Shown: one piece after another, positions 9,529-18,548 of the stretch
Position numbering within the stretch: position 1 is the first letter of the stretch
How the letters are laid out: the number at the start of each line of letters is the position of its first letter
Assembly: GCA_030679985.1 (NCBI GenBank)
Contig: JAUXSI010000028.1
Span: 1 to 61,738 of the forward strand
DNA length: 61,738 nt
Source of the DNA: Candidatus Moraniibacteriota bacterium
GTDB taxonomy: Bacteria > Patescibacteriota > Minisyncoccia > Moranbacterales > UBA2206
Direction: 5' to 3'
The notes under the pieces: generated by a model
Databases searched by the model: none
What the model saw: only the letters and a program-made list of their open reading frames with translations
Told to the model about the DNA's origin: nothing
Translations under genes and position numbers: made by a program

Positions 9529-9820
9529 TGTTGCCTCCTTTTGAACGTGTTTACAGAAAAAATTGCAATAAATTGCCAATCAGTTTATTGCAATAGAAAA
9601 AGATTTAATAATCACTTTCTAATATAATAAACATTGAACTAAAAATGTTATCACATAATTATTTTTTTGTCAAATATAGACAGTACGGAAGACTACAACA
9701 AGCCTTTAAATACGAACTGCTACCCCAAACAATAAATATAGTATTAAAATTACTTAATTTTGCACTACAAAAAGAGAGCACAGCATGCAATAAGAAACTT
9801 TTACAAGCCCTCTTTCATTA

Positions 9821-9888
9821 GCCCGCTTAATAGCCTGGCTTTCGGACTTTCAACGTATCATCTTCGCACGGCCGTGTGAAGATGATAC
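9821..9888. repeat. 68-nt repeat, copy 1 (34-nt perfect-type palindrome at 9855-9888)
   Basis: GTATCATCTTCGCACGGCCGTGTGAAGATGATAC preceded by GCCCGCTTAATAGCCTGGCTTTCGGACTTTCAAC. About 76% identical to copy 2 and in the same orientation. Confidence 0.8.
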
Positions 9889-9913
9889 ATCGCAAAAAAC
9901 TATTGGGCAAAAT

Positions 9914-9956
9914 ATAAAAAAGCGGGGCTAGCCGTGAAATCCACGGACTAGCCCCC
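9914..9956 (-). terminator. Intrinsic terminator of the 9962..10576 gene
   Basis: GGGGCTAGCCGTG / CACGG(A)CTAGCCCC stem followed by TTTTTTATATTTT on the minus strand. Confidence 0.65.
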
Positions 9957-9961
9957 TTGCA

Positions 9962-10576
9962 TCAGCCACCCTGGGCTGGCGCCCAAGTCCTTTCTCCCAT
10001 TTTTTGTCGGGTGAAGGCCGCCAGCTCTGATATTTTTTTGTCCAAATTATAGATTTCGATACGCATACGCGTATCGCCTTTCCCCGGGACGGAATGTCTT
10101 GATACGGCATCGATGATGATGTCCCTTTGCCGCGAAGCCCGTTGGGAAAGGTCGATGATTTCCATTGCTGCGTATTCGAGCGAAAATCGTTTATCCAATA
10201 CCCAGTGGCTGATCCGCTCGCCTTTTTCTTCATCCTCGAAGCGGTAATGGATCAACCAAAATTCAAATTCCTCCGAATCCACCCATTCACCGACGTTGAA
10301 GGCATACTCTCCGGCAAGGTCCCTCCGCTCTTTCTCAGCCGGACTTATTTCAGGAACATGCATGATATGTTTATTGCGCATGCTCGCTAAACTCCTTTCC
10401 CGGATAGACTCAAAAGGCCTGAACGAGAGAGACTCTAATTTATTCTTTACGAAATCTCTCACCCTCCATGCTTTTATCGACTGTTTCGATTCCGAAATTG
10501 GAACCAGATGCGGCCGCAAAACTTCCAGCACCCACGGATCAGCCATCAGAATCTTGTGGAATTTTATCACTTTCAT
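9962..10576 (-). CDS. Hypothetical protein (orphan, bracketed by the 68-nt repeats)
   Basis: 204-aa ORF with a strong SD (AAGGAGGATGT-ATG) and no recognisable domain. Confidence 0.6.
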   Translation of the reverse strand: MKVIKFHKILMADPWVLEVLRPHLVPISESKQSIKAWRVRDFVKNKLESLSFRPFESIRERSLASMRNKHIMHVPEISPAEKERRDLAGEYAFNVGEWVDSEEFEFWLIHYRFEDEEKGERISHWVLDKRFSLEYAAMEIIDLSQRASRQRDIIIDAVSRHSVPGKGDTRMRIEIYNLDKKISELAAFTRQKMGERTWAPAQGG

Positions 10577-10818
10577 ACATCCTCCTTCGCCCTATAGGCT
10601 TTGAGATTTTAATCCGGAGATTTTTCCTCCCGCCGGAGTTTTTGTCCGGTTTATAGGAAATTCCTCCCTTTGGCTTTAATTTGTAAAAGAAAACTCACGA
10701 ACAGGCCTTCCCTGATTCGATATCGAAGAATATCACAAAAGCCGTTCAAAGTCAATGAATTTAGTCCAAGCGGGTGAAAAGAAAAAATGCGCCCGCAAAG
10801 GACGCGCCTCTTCTTTTC

Positions 10819-10886
10819 GCCCGTTTGGCAGTCCGGCTTTCAGACTTTTGCTGTGTCATCTTCGTATGGCCGTGCGAAGATGACAC
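10819..10886. repeat. 68-nt repeat, copy 2 (34-nt palindrome at 10853-10886)
   Basis: GTGTCATCTTCGTATGGCCGTGCGAAGATGACAC preceded by GCCCGTTTGGCAGTCCGGCTTTCAGACTTTTGCT. Substitutions relative to copy 1 keep the stem paired. Confidence 0.8.
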
Positions 10887-10929
10887 GTTGGGAAAATTTC
10901 GGATCGGTCGAATTTTCCGGATCGATAGA

Positions 10930-11102
10930 TCAGGCCGGCCAGATATTTTTGAGGCTCGCCAAAGCCCGCGTGTGCTGGCTTTTGACGGCGTTGTACGAAA
11001 GATCGAGAATTTCCGCAATTTCTTGCAAGGAGAAATCGTCTTTATAGCGCATCAGCAGAAGAATGCAGCAGCTAGACGCACCCGCGTTCCGGAATATCCC
11101 GG
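10930..11102 (-). pseudogene. Remnant of an ECF-type sigma factor gene (region 4 only)
   Basis: The minus-strand frame reads ...LLLMRYKDDFSLQEIAEILDLSYNAVKSQHTRALASLKNIWPA*. The intact paralog (11493..12044) ends ...LLMMRYKDDFSLQEIAHILDLPYNTVKSQHARALASLKRSLE*. Nucleotide similarity is about 80% over about 100 nt and stops near 11067. Regions 2 and 3 are absent. Confidence 0.7.
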
Positions 11103-11420
11103 TCAGTAGAAAGAATATGGCGCCCGGCTGACATAGCGGACCGTATTTTCCTTGATTATGAAAATATTAAAATTTTTTAAATTCAAAGAATATTCGAATG
11201 TCATCAATGTGACTTTAGCCAAGAAGGGACCTCGGCGGCACCACTGCAAAAAAATTTTCAAATTCCGTTCTTCTCCTTCAGCTTCGATGACGACACTGCC
11301 GTTTTCCGCCCTGTCCGCGTAACCGGAAAGGCCTAGTTTCATAGCCTCCTCCATCGCGGTCCGCCTGAAAAATACGCCGTGCACCCGGCCGTGGACAATG
11401 ACGCATAAATGTTTTTTCAT
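11103..11420 (-). CDS. acyP: Acylphosphatase
   Basis: 105 aa with VHGRVHGVFFRRTAMEEAMKLGLSGYADRAENGSVVIEAEG, the acylphosphatase signature (V-x-G-x-V-x-G-V-x-F-R). Carries an unusual C-terminal extension of about 13 aa. Confidence 0.85.
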   Translation of the reverse strand: MKKHLCVIVHGRVHGVFFRRTAMEEAMKLGLSGYADRAENGSVVIEAEGEERNLKIFLQWCRRGPFLAKVTLMTFEYSLNLKNFNIFIIKENTVRYVSRAPYSFY

Positions 11421-11492
11421 CGATTTGGACTTAGTTTTATCAACGGATAAAACAATTTCCGCACCGGTTTTATTTCCGCCGAATATCGGCGA

Positions 11493-12044
11493 TTACTCCA
11501 AACTTCTTTTCAGGCTGGCCAGTGCCCGCGCATGCTGGCTTTTGACGGTGTTATAAGGCAAGTCGAGAATATGGGCGATTTCTTGCAAAGAAAAATCGTC
11601 CTTGTACCGCATCATCAGAAGGACGCGGTAATTATCCGGAATTTCTTGCAACTTCCTTTCCAACTCTTGCGCTGAATCATTGCCAGCCAAGACCTCCTCC
11701 AGTCGAGGACCGTCCTCGACCATGTTTTCCAATTTATTGTTTCCTTCCCCATCTAAAAAATTGGAAAATGGCAATGACTTTTTCTTTTTGAAAAAATCAT
11801 AGGCCGTGTTCTTGGCGATGGTGAAAAGCCAGGTTTTGAAATTCTTTTCCGGATCGAATTTTTTGATATTTTTCCAGGCCTTGATGAAAGTTTCCTGTAC
11901 CAAATCATCCAGCGAATCCCGGTCCTGGGTGAATTGATATAGAAAATTGTAAACCGGTTTCAAATATCGGCCGACTAGCCGCTCGAAAGCCGCATCTTCC
12001 CCATCCAGGAAATCCGCAATCAATTGTCGATCGTCTTTTTCCAT
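11493..12044 (-). CDS. RNA polymerase sigma factor, sigma-70/ECF-like
   Basis: Start taken at Met35 (MEKDDRQLIADFLDGEDAAFERLVGRYLKPVYNF...). Region 2 (DDLVQETFIKAWKNIKKF) and the region 4 HTH (FSLQEIAHILDLPYNTVKSQHARAL) are present. Confidence 0.85.
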   Translation of the reverse strand: MEKDDRQLIADFLDGEDAAFERLVGRYLKPVYNFLYQFTQDRDSLDDLVQETFIKAWKNIKKFDPEKNFKTWLFTIAKNTAYDFFKKKKSLPFSNFLDGEGNNKLENMVEDGPRLEEVLAGNDSAQELERKLQEIPDNYRVLLMMRYKDDFSLQEIAHILDLPYNTVKSQHARALASLKRSLE

Positions 12045-12170
12045 TGTTTTTGCCGGCCGGCGCTCTACGCGCCGTATGTCCGGGTGATTTTGGAACCGGC
12101 TTCTTATATGCATCCGTAGATGAAGAATATAACTTCCTCCCGACAAATTGTCAATCGCGATTTCGATGAG

Positions 12171-13955
12171 CTAGTCCATAAAGTAGAATGGGACAGCTAA
12201 TTGCTTTATCTCGGACAAGCGGTAATCAAGCATCTTCTTGCCTACGAATATGGCCACGACTTTATTATCGGTCTTCGCCAAATTATCGATGTTTTCATGG
12301 AGCGAACCCTTGCGGCTTATGAAAGCGAAGTCAATATGGGCTGATGATTTTTCCTTAAGCTTTCCGGACTCCTGCGCGAACGCCGCCTGCGCCTTGGTCT
12401 TGATGTCCTTCTCCAGCGCGGCCGAATATTTATCTTCCAAGCATAACATAACCGCGATATCGCTGATAGAATGTTTTGAGGCCCACTTGACCGTGTATGG
12501 CAACCTATCCAAAAAGGATTCGCCCCGCGTCACCAGGACAACCGTGGTTTTTTTGTTCAATGGCGCCTTGGTCCGGTCCTGCATTTCTTCAGCTACTTGG
12601 AGATATCTGGCGACGAACGGCGTCAACAACGGCTCGATGATCAGGGTCAGAAGAATCGTCCACATACCTATTTCCACCAGTCCTTCCATACCGGAAAGTC
12701 CCAGGCTGATGATGGTTACCATCAGCACGGCCGGGATGGCGCCGGTTTCGCGCACGAACGAAATGAACAGCAGGTCACGCCAATCCAACCTCTCCTGTCC
12801 GAAGAAATGGAAACTGCCCAAGGAAACGAACACCGCGACGGGACGGATGATAAACATAAATATCAAGGCGGCCACGATACCGATCGGCGCATAGGTCAGC
12901 AATTGCACCGGATCGACCAAAGCTCCCAACAGGATAAATATGATCGGTTTCAGGAAACCATCCACCAAATTATTGAAAAATCTCTCAGTCTCGCTCAAAT
13001 GTTCGGTGATATGGAAAACCAACCCGGCCACAAAAGCGGCCAGATATCCGCTGCCGCCGAAGAAGATGGCGCCGGTGAAAATTATGACCGGCACCGAGAT
13101 GAAAAAAGCGGCATCAGCCTCGAATTCCTCCCCATACAGATGCTTGGCGCGCAAAAGGAGCTCGAGGAAAAAGTAGCCCGCCAAGCCTAGCAAGGCCCCA
13201 AAAAACAGCTGGGCCGCCAATACCGTCGTGCTTTCATAACTGAAGATGGCCTGATACCACTGGTTGATGCCGCCGGAAAAACCTCCACCCACCGCCAACG
13301 ACAAAAAAACCACCGTCAACAAAGTACCCACTACGTCCGTAACGGCGCTCTCCGAAACGATGATGTCTTTTATGGAACGGTTATGGAAACGCAGCCTTTT
13401 CAAAACCGGAATAATCGCCGCCGGATCGGTCGAAGCCAACAAAGCCCCCAGCAGGACGGAAGCCAGGACGGATATTTCCAATCCGAAAATCCCCCCTAGA
13501 AACCAGATGGTCCAAGAAAACAAAAAGGCCGTGATAAGCAGGCCAACGAAGGAAACGGAAAATATTTTCCAAATCAGCTTCTTGAAATTGGCGAAAGGCG
13601 TTTCCAATCCGCCCGCGAACAATATCAGGGTGGCACCGAAACTCACGATTACGCCCAAAAGCTCTTCATTACCGAGGATAGGCGTCAACAGCGGCTTAGC
13701 GGCTAAGCCTAGGAAAATCGCCAGGATAAAAGAGGGCAATTTGATCAGGTGGGACAGATAAAAGACTATGAAGCTCAACATAAACAGGGCCGCCAAAACG
13801 AAAAAGGCTACCAATATACCATGTTCATGATTATGTTCCAGGGCCTGATAAATCATCCCGCCGAAATTGGAAACCGACCAGACCGCTGAAATTCCCAAAG
13901 CGGCCATCAAATAATTTCTGGTATTTTTATTCATATAATTTGTCGGTACCGTCAA
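12171..13955 (-). CDS. Cation:proton antiporter (Na+/H+ exchanger, CPA1-like) with C-terminal cytoplasmic USP-like domain
   Basis: 594 aa with about 12 TM helices, an ...ALLASTDPAAIIPVL... exchanger motif and a soluble tail of about 150 aa. The start may be the internal MNKNTRNYL. Confidence 0.88.
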   Translation of the reverse strand: MTVPTNYMNKNTRNYLMAALGISAVWSVSNFGGMIYQALEHNHEHGILVAFFVLAALFMLSFIVFYLSHLIKLPSFILAIFLGLAAKPLLTPILGNEELLGVIVSFGATLILFAGGLETPFANFKKLIWKIFSVSFVGLLITAFLFSWTIWFLGGIFGLEISVLASVLLGALLASTDPAAIIPVLKRLRFHNRSIKDIIVSESAVTDVVGTLLTVVFLSLAVGGGFSGGINQWYQAIFSYESTTVLAAQLFFGALLGLAGYFFLELLLRAKHLYGEEFEADAAFFISVPVIIFTGAIFFGGSGYLAAFVAGLVFHITEHLSETERFFNNLVDGFLKPIIFILLGALVDPVQLLTYAPIGIVAALIFMFIIRPVAVFVSLGSFHFFGQERLDWRDLLFISFVRETGAIPAVLMVTIISLGLSGMEGLVEIGMWTILLTLIIEPLLTPFVARYLQVAEEMQDRTKAPLNKKTTVVLVTRGESFLDRLPYTVKWASKHSISDIAVMLCLEDKYSAALEKDIKTKAQAAFAQESGKLKEKSSAHIDFAFISRKGSLHENIDNLAKTDNKVVAIFVGKKMLDYRLSEIKQLAVPFYFMD

Positions 13956-14057
13956 TCAGCTGTGGATTTTCCATTCACGCTGCCTGAGGTACCCAAAGAA
14001 AGCAACCTATTCAATCTACCACTTCTGCAAAAAAACACAATATCACCCCTCCCATCC

Positions 14058-14681
14058 TCAAGACCTTTTCCGATACCAAAAAAGATATGCCGCTCCGACG
14101 GCCGCCCCCGCGCTGAAAAAAAACGCTTGGAACGCTACCGGCAGGCCGCCAAGATATGCCCAAACGAAAGCCAGCGGAACCACGCCTAAAATAGTGGTGG
14201 ACAAATACATCCGCCAGCCGATGCCGGTAAAAAGTCCCAACGCATAACTCAGGACGTCCACCGGCGTCACCATACGCAAAAACAAGAGGAGCCAGAACAG
14301 TTTTTTCTCCGGCAGATCCGTATATGTTTTCCGGATCTTTTCGATGTCCATCACGCGCCCCACCAGGCCAGTTCCGAACTTCCGGGCCAGCCAGAAAGCG
14401 ATGATGGAACCCAAAATCCACCCGCCGACGCTCAAAACGGCCGTCCAAAAAGCGCCCCAAACCGCCACCAGGACCGGGATGAAAGGCAGGCTCGTCAGCG
14501 GCGCCGCGACTACCGCCAAGGCGACTCCTATGACATATGCCGTCCCGCCGACCAGCTTATCCTGCCCCAAAATATCCAGAAAAAATCCGGTGTATTTCTG
14601 CGACAGGAAAGCCGATCCGACAAACAGAGCGGCCACCGCTGCGGCGGGCAAATATTTTATGATATTTTTCCCCATACTCAT
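14058..14681 (-). CDS. TVP38/TMEM64 (DedA-related) family membrane protein
   Basis: Start at the ATGA overlap with the upstream stop (MSMGKNIIKYL...). Motif: ...PLTSLPFIPVLVAVWGAFWTAVLSVGGWILGSIIAFWLARKFG... Confidence 0.8.
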   Translation of the reverse strand: MSMGKNIIKYLPAAAVAALFVGSAFLSQKYTGFFLDILGQDKLVGGTAYVIGVALAVVAAPLTSLPFIPVLVAVWGAFWTAVLSVGGWILGSIIAFWLARKFGTGLVGRVMDIEKIRKTYTDLPEKKLFWLLLFLRMVTPVDVLSYALGLFTGIGWRMYLSTTILGVVPLAFVWAYLGGLPVAFQAFFFSAGAAVGAAYLFWYRKRS

Positions 14682-16021
14682 AATTCCAAGTTTGCAGCAT
14701 AAGTTCCAGCCGCGTAACCCGTGCTCCAACACATCTGCAGATTATATCCGCCGGTCGGACCGTCCAAATCCAGGATTTCGCCGGCTAAAAAAAGATTGCT
14801 GACGATCCGTGAACGCATCGTCCTGGAATCGACCTCTTTGGTATCCACGCCGCCGCTTGTAACGATGGCTTGGTTGTAGCCGGTCGTCCCATCGGCCGTC
14901 AGGCGCAGGTCCTTGAGCAATCCGGCCAATTTTTTACGCTCTTCTTTGGTGACAAAATTGATTTTCTTCCTGGGGTCGATGCCGGACAAATCCGCGATTA
15001 CCGCGATCATCTTTTGCGGCAAAAGCTCCGGCAGATAATTTATGAAATCTTTGTTGCTGTTTTCTTTGAAATCCCGCTGGAGACGCGCGTCCAATTGTTC
15101 ATGGTCCAGCGCCGGTTTCAAATCGATGGAAATGATAACTTTGCCTTTTGCCATCAGTTCTCCGGCTTTCTTGCTGAGGTCCAATACGATCGGACCGGTC
15201 AAGCCGAAATGCGCGAACATCATCTCGCCAAATCTGGAATCTTGCTTTCTATTGTTCTGCAAAAGATTGATAGCCACGTTTTTCAAACTCAAACCCTGCA
15301 CCTCTTTGACCCAATTTTCTTTGGTCTTGATCGGCACCAGAGCCGGTGCCGGCGGAATGATCTTGTGTCCCAAATTTTCAGCCCAGCGATAACCGTCCCC
15401 GGTCGAACCGGTCACCGGATAGGATTTGCCACCGGTGCATAAGATAAACTTGTCGGCATAGATCCTCCTTGCCGGAAGCATAGCTTGTTTTTCCGCTGAC
15501 ACATATCCTTTCTCGGCCAATTTCACGCTGGCAATTTTTCCGCCGCTGGCAACCGGCGCCACGTCAAAGCCGGCCACCTGGGCATCATAGATCATTTCAA
15601 CTCCGTTTTTTTCCAAATATTTTTCCAACACCCGCAACACATCCTGCGCCCGATCCGATCGCGGAAAAACCCGCCCGCCCCTCTCGATTTTGGTCGGAAC
15701 ATTCCGGTCTTCAAAAAATTTGATAACTTCTTCCGGGCCATATGCCGCCAAGGAGGAGAATAAAAATTTTCCCTGCTTGCCGAATTTCTTGATGATTTCC
15801 TTGTCGTCAAATTCGGCCTGCGTCAGATTGCAGCGCCCCTTGCCGGTGATCAAAAGTTTTTTGCCTAAACCGTTATTTTTTTCAAGCAAAACCACGCGCG
15901 CGCCCAGTTCGGCTGCCCGTCCGGCCGCCATCATACCGGCCGGCCCGCCGCCGATCACCACGATATCAAATTTCGGCCCCGAGGCCGATCCGCCTCGGGC
16001 GGATAGGTTCTTATTTTTCAT
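14678..16021 (-). CDS. NAD(P)/FAD-dependent oxidoreductase, HI0933/BaiN-like
   Basis: 447 aa with the dinucleotide fold FDIVVIGGGPAGMMAAGRAAELGARVVLLEKN, GKKLLITGKGRCNLT and the C-terminal LFLAGEILDLDGPTGGYNLQ. Confidence 0.9.
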   Translation of the reverse strand: MKNKNLSARGGSASGPKFDIVVIGGGPAGMMAAGRAAELGARVVLLEKNNGLGKKLLITGKGRCNLTQAEFDDKEIIKKFGKQGKFLFSSLAAYGPEEVIKFFEDRNVPTKIERGGRVFPRSDRAQDVLRVLEKYLEKNGVEMIYDAQVAGFDVAPVASGGKIASVKLAEKGYVSAEKQAMLPARRIYADKFILCTGGKSYPVTGSTGDGYRWAENLGHKIIPPAPALVPIKTKENWVKEVQGLSLKNVAINLLQNNRKQDSRFGEMMFAHFGLTGPIVLDLSKKAGELMAKGKVIISIDLKPALDHEQLDARLQRDFKENSNKDFINYLPELLPQKMIAVIADLSGIDPRKKINFVTKEERKKLAGLLKDLRLTADGTTGYNQAIVTSGGVDTKEVDSRTMRSRIVSNLFLAGEILDLDGPTGGYNLQMCWSTGYAAGTYAANLEL

Positions 16022-16084
16022 AATATTACAATCCTAGCATCTTACTCCGTTTTATCCAATCCATCAATAGCTTTCCGGAAAAAC

Positions 16085-16116
16085 AAAAAGCTCCGCGTGA
16101 AGCGGAGCTTTTTTTT
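16085..16116. terminator. Bidirectional intrinsic terminator
   Basis: AGCTCCGC-GTGA-GCGGAGCT flanked by an A-run and a T-run. Lies downstream of the csp gene on the minus strand. Confidence 0.7.
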
Positions 16117-16127
16117 CGCGAATCGAA

Positions 16128-16328
16128 CTAGACTCTTGATACGTTGATAGCGTTCGGTCCTTTCGGGCTCTCGCTAACTTCGAATTGAACCCGGTCGCCT
16201 TCTTTCAGGTCATTGAACTCTACACCTTGTAGTTCTTTTGCGTGAAAGAACAGATCCTTGTCTTCACCATCTTGTGTGATGAATCCGAATCCACGATCGG
16301 TCAATCGCTTGATTGTTCCTTGTGCCAT
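16128..16328 (-). CDS. Cold-shock protein (CspA family)
   Basis: Start at Met14. Translation: MAQGTIKRLTDRGFGFITQDGEDKDLFFHAKELQGVEFNDLKEGDRVQFEV. RNP1 (GFGFI) and RNP2-like (FFH) motifs are present. Confidence 0.92.
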   Translation of the reverse strand: MAQGTIKRLTDRGFGFITQDGEDKDLFFHAKELQGVEFNDLKEGDRVQFEVSESPKGPNAINVSRV

Positions 16329-16463
16329 TTTGATATAGTACAAATTGATTAAATACACATACCGCAATGCAAAGGAAGTTCGACTACGCTACTGCTGCAC
16401 GCTACTGTGATTAAAACCACTATAGCATACCCTGCGCGCTTTGTAAAGGGGGCGGGTGCGGGA

Positions 16464-16504
16464 CAAAAAAAGAAGCCTATGTTTCCCCAAAAAAGGAAAC
16501 ATAG
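16464..16504 (-). terminator. Intrinsic terminator of the 16517..16795 gene
   Basis: CTATGTTTCC (16477-16486) pairs with GGAAACATAG (16495-16504), followed by a T-run on the minus strand. Confidence 0.6.
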
Positions 16505-16516
16505 ACTGCAAGCCTG

Positions 16517-16795
16517 TTACGGTTGGCTGAACGCGATTTTAAGGGCGTTTTCACGCTGCGGTTCCGCATCACCGATGACATAGCCGGCAGAAAAATGCTT
16601 TTTTCCGCCGATATAATAATAACAGCCTGCCATGGCATAATTCACCTCCACCAATTCCGCTGCCGCCGGAATCAGGCATACCGCGTCCGGAGCGACTTGG
16701 AACGGGATGATTTCTAAGTTTATCCTCGCGCCCTCCAGCATGATTCCAAAAAAAACCAACAGTACCGCCGACAAGAACGATTTGATCTTCCTCAT
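16517..16795 (-). CDS. Small secreted/membrane-anchored protein, hypothetical
   Basis: Start at Met19 (MRKIKSFLSAVLLVFFGIMLEG...) with a strong SD (AAAGGAGGAGAGTGGA-ATG). Confidence 0.5.
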   Translation of the reverse strand: MRKIKSFLSAVLLVFFGIMLEGARINLEIIPFQVAPDAVCLIPAAAELVEVNYAMAGCYYYIGGKKHFSAGYVIGDAEPQRENALKIAFSQP

Positions 16796-16870
16796 TCCAC
16801 TCTCCTCCTTTTTTAAACTAAAAAGTGCTCGGCTTACGCCATATATCACAACTAAACAAATCTCAAAAAG

Positions 16871-18322
16871 TTATTTCTCCAAATCCAGCACTTCATCGAT
16901 CCGGATCTGTTCCACGAATTCCGGCACGTGGGAAACCAAAATCATCGCGCCGGCATATTTATCCAAAGCTTTGGCGATGACCGGCAAATGGCGGAAATTA
17001 ATGTGATTGGTCGGTTCGTCCAGAATCAGAAGTCCCGGCTCCAACAGCACCAGTTGCGCGAAAGCTACCAAACCTTTCTGGCCTTCCGACAAGGTCCCGA
17101 TCCTGGCGTTGATGATTTGCTTGTCTATCAAAAAACCGGCCGCCACGCTGCGCAAAAATTCTTCATTTTCCTCTTTCATCACCGCAGCCAGGGCGTCATG
17201 CACCGTGTCTTCAAAATTGAGCGTGGAAAAATCCTGCCGGTAATATCCGACTTTCACGCCTTCGGCGATGGACGCCCCGGCGGCTCGGCCCGTGGCCAGC
17301 GCTTCGATCAAAGTGCTCTTGCCGATCCCGTTGGGTCCAGCGATCAAAAGATGCTGCTTTTTACGCAACGAGATGTTGGCTTGTTTTTCCACCAGCTCGT
17401 GGTTATGCATAATCTTGAATGAGGAGATTTTCAAAACCTCCCCGCCCAATTCGGCCTGGGCCGGAATTTCAAAATCCCGGATCGCCTTGTCTTCCCGGCG
17501 CACGTCCACTTTCGCCTCCTCCATCGCTGCCGCTTTTTCGCGCATCTTCTTGGCGACCAGCCTCATCCCGCCGCCCTTATTGGCGAAGAAGTTGGCTTTC
17601 TCCTTATTGGCGATGATTTCTTTTTCGTATTGCGCGTTCTTCCTTTTTTCCTTTTCGATCTGCGCTGCGATTTCTTCCACCACTACATAGTAGTCCCCGG
17701 TATATTGTTGGGTCTTATGCGTAAAGACATCCAGATAGACCACGCCGTCCGTGAACATATTCAAAAAATCCGCGTCATGGGAAATGACGATGCAAGTCTT
17801 GTCATACATTATCAAAAATTGGGTCAAGTGTTCGATGCCGGCCCGATCCAAATTATTGGTCGGCTCGTCCAAAATCAGGATATCCGGATCCTGGATCAAA
17901 GCGGAAGCCAAAAGCAAGCGCGCCTGCTGGCCGCCGGAAAAATCTTTGATCAGCCGGTCGCCAGGCGCTTTCAAATTGACCACTTCCAAAACCTCCTCGA
18001 TCCGCCGGTCAAGCTCATAGTCCTTTCCGGAAAAACAAGCCGCGAAAAATTCCCGTGTCGTAAACGACAATTGTTGCCTCGGAATGACCTGTTTGGCATA
18101 GGCGATCTTCAAATCTGGATCGACATAAATCGAACCGTCGTGCGCCTGCATCTCTCCCGTAATCAGATTGAGGATCGTGCTCTTGCCGGCCCCATTCTGG
18201 CCCATCAGCGTGACTTTGGATCCGCGGCGCAACGCGAAAGACGCCTCGTCCAAAATAGGCTTGTCGCGTCCGTATTCGAAGGATACCTTATTGAATCTGA
18301 CCGCCACGTTATCATTGGCCAT
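16871..18322 (-). CDS. ABC-F family ATPase (two ABC domains, no TM domain)
   Basis: Start at Met97 of the listed ORF (MANDNVAVRFNKVSFEYG...). Two Walker A sites (GQNGAGKST, GPNGIGKST), two signature motifs (FSGGQQARL, LSEGQKGLV) and a charged interdomain linker. The upstream extension contains a terminator hairpin. Confidence 0.9.
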   Translation of the reverse strand: MANDNVAVRFNKVSFEYGRDKPILDEASFALRRGSKVTLMGQNGAGKSTILNLITGEMQAHDGSIYVDPDLKIAYAKQVIPRQQLSFTTREFFAACFSGKDYELDRRIEEVLEVVNLKAPGDRLIKDFSGGQQARLLLASALIQDPDILILDEPTNNLDRAGIEHLTQFLIMYDKTCIVISHDADFLNMFTDGVVYLDVFTHKTQQYTGDYYVVVEEIAAQIEKEKRKNAQYEKEIIANKEKANFFANKGGGMRLVAKKMREKAAAMEEAKVDVRREDKAIRDFEIPAQAELGGEVLKISSFKIMHNHELVEKQANISLRKKQHLLIAGPNGIGKSTLIEALATGRAAGASIAEGVKVGYYRQDFSTLNFEDTVHDALAAVMKEENEEFLRSVAAGFLIDKQIINARIGTLSEGQKGLVAFAQLVLLEPGLLILDEPTNHINFRHLPVIAKALDKYAGAMILVSHVPEFVEQIRIDEVLDLEK

Positions 18323-18493
18323 AGCCGGTGGAATAAAAAAAATAATATCGAGTTTCCATAGTACAACATATTTTTGTTTTTGGGAAGCGTTTTCTGGGAA
18401 TAACAGCCTTCCCATCGGCCTTAGATTGGCTTTCAAGCCGCGTAATTTTAAAAAATAGCCCGGATTTATCGGTTTTTTAAAACAAAAACCCCT

Positions 18494-18535
18494 AAAAATA
18501 CAGGCCCGTCCATTACAGCTGAATGGACGGGCCTG
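18494..18535 (-). terminator. Intrinsic terminator of the 18549..18911 gene
   Basis: Perfect 14-bp stem CAGGCCCGTCCATT (18501-18514) / AATGGACGGGCCTG (18522-18535), followed by a T-rich run on the minus strand. Confidence 0.7.
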
Positions 18536-18548
18536 ACGCGGATAATTT

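Noticed and set aside
10761-11109. ORFs 10761..11018 (-), 10774..11109 (+) and 10787..11047 (+)
   Set aside because: They overlap the 68-nt repeat and the sigma-factor remnant, have no SD and give low-complexity translations. The homology-supported reading of this DNA is the sigma region 4 remnant.
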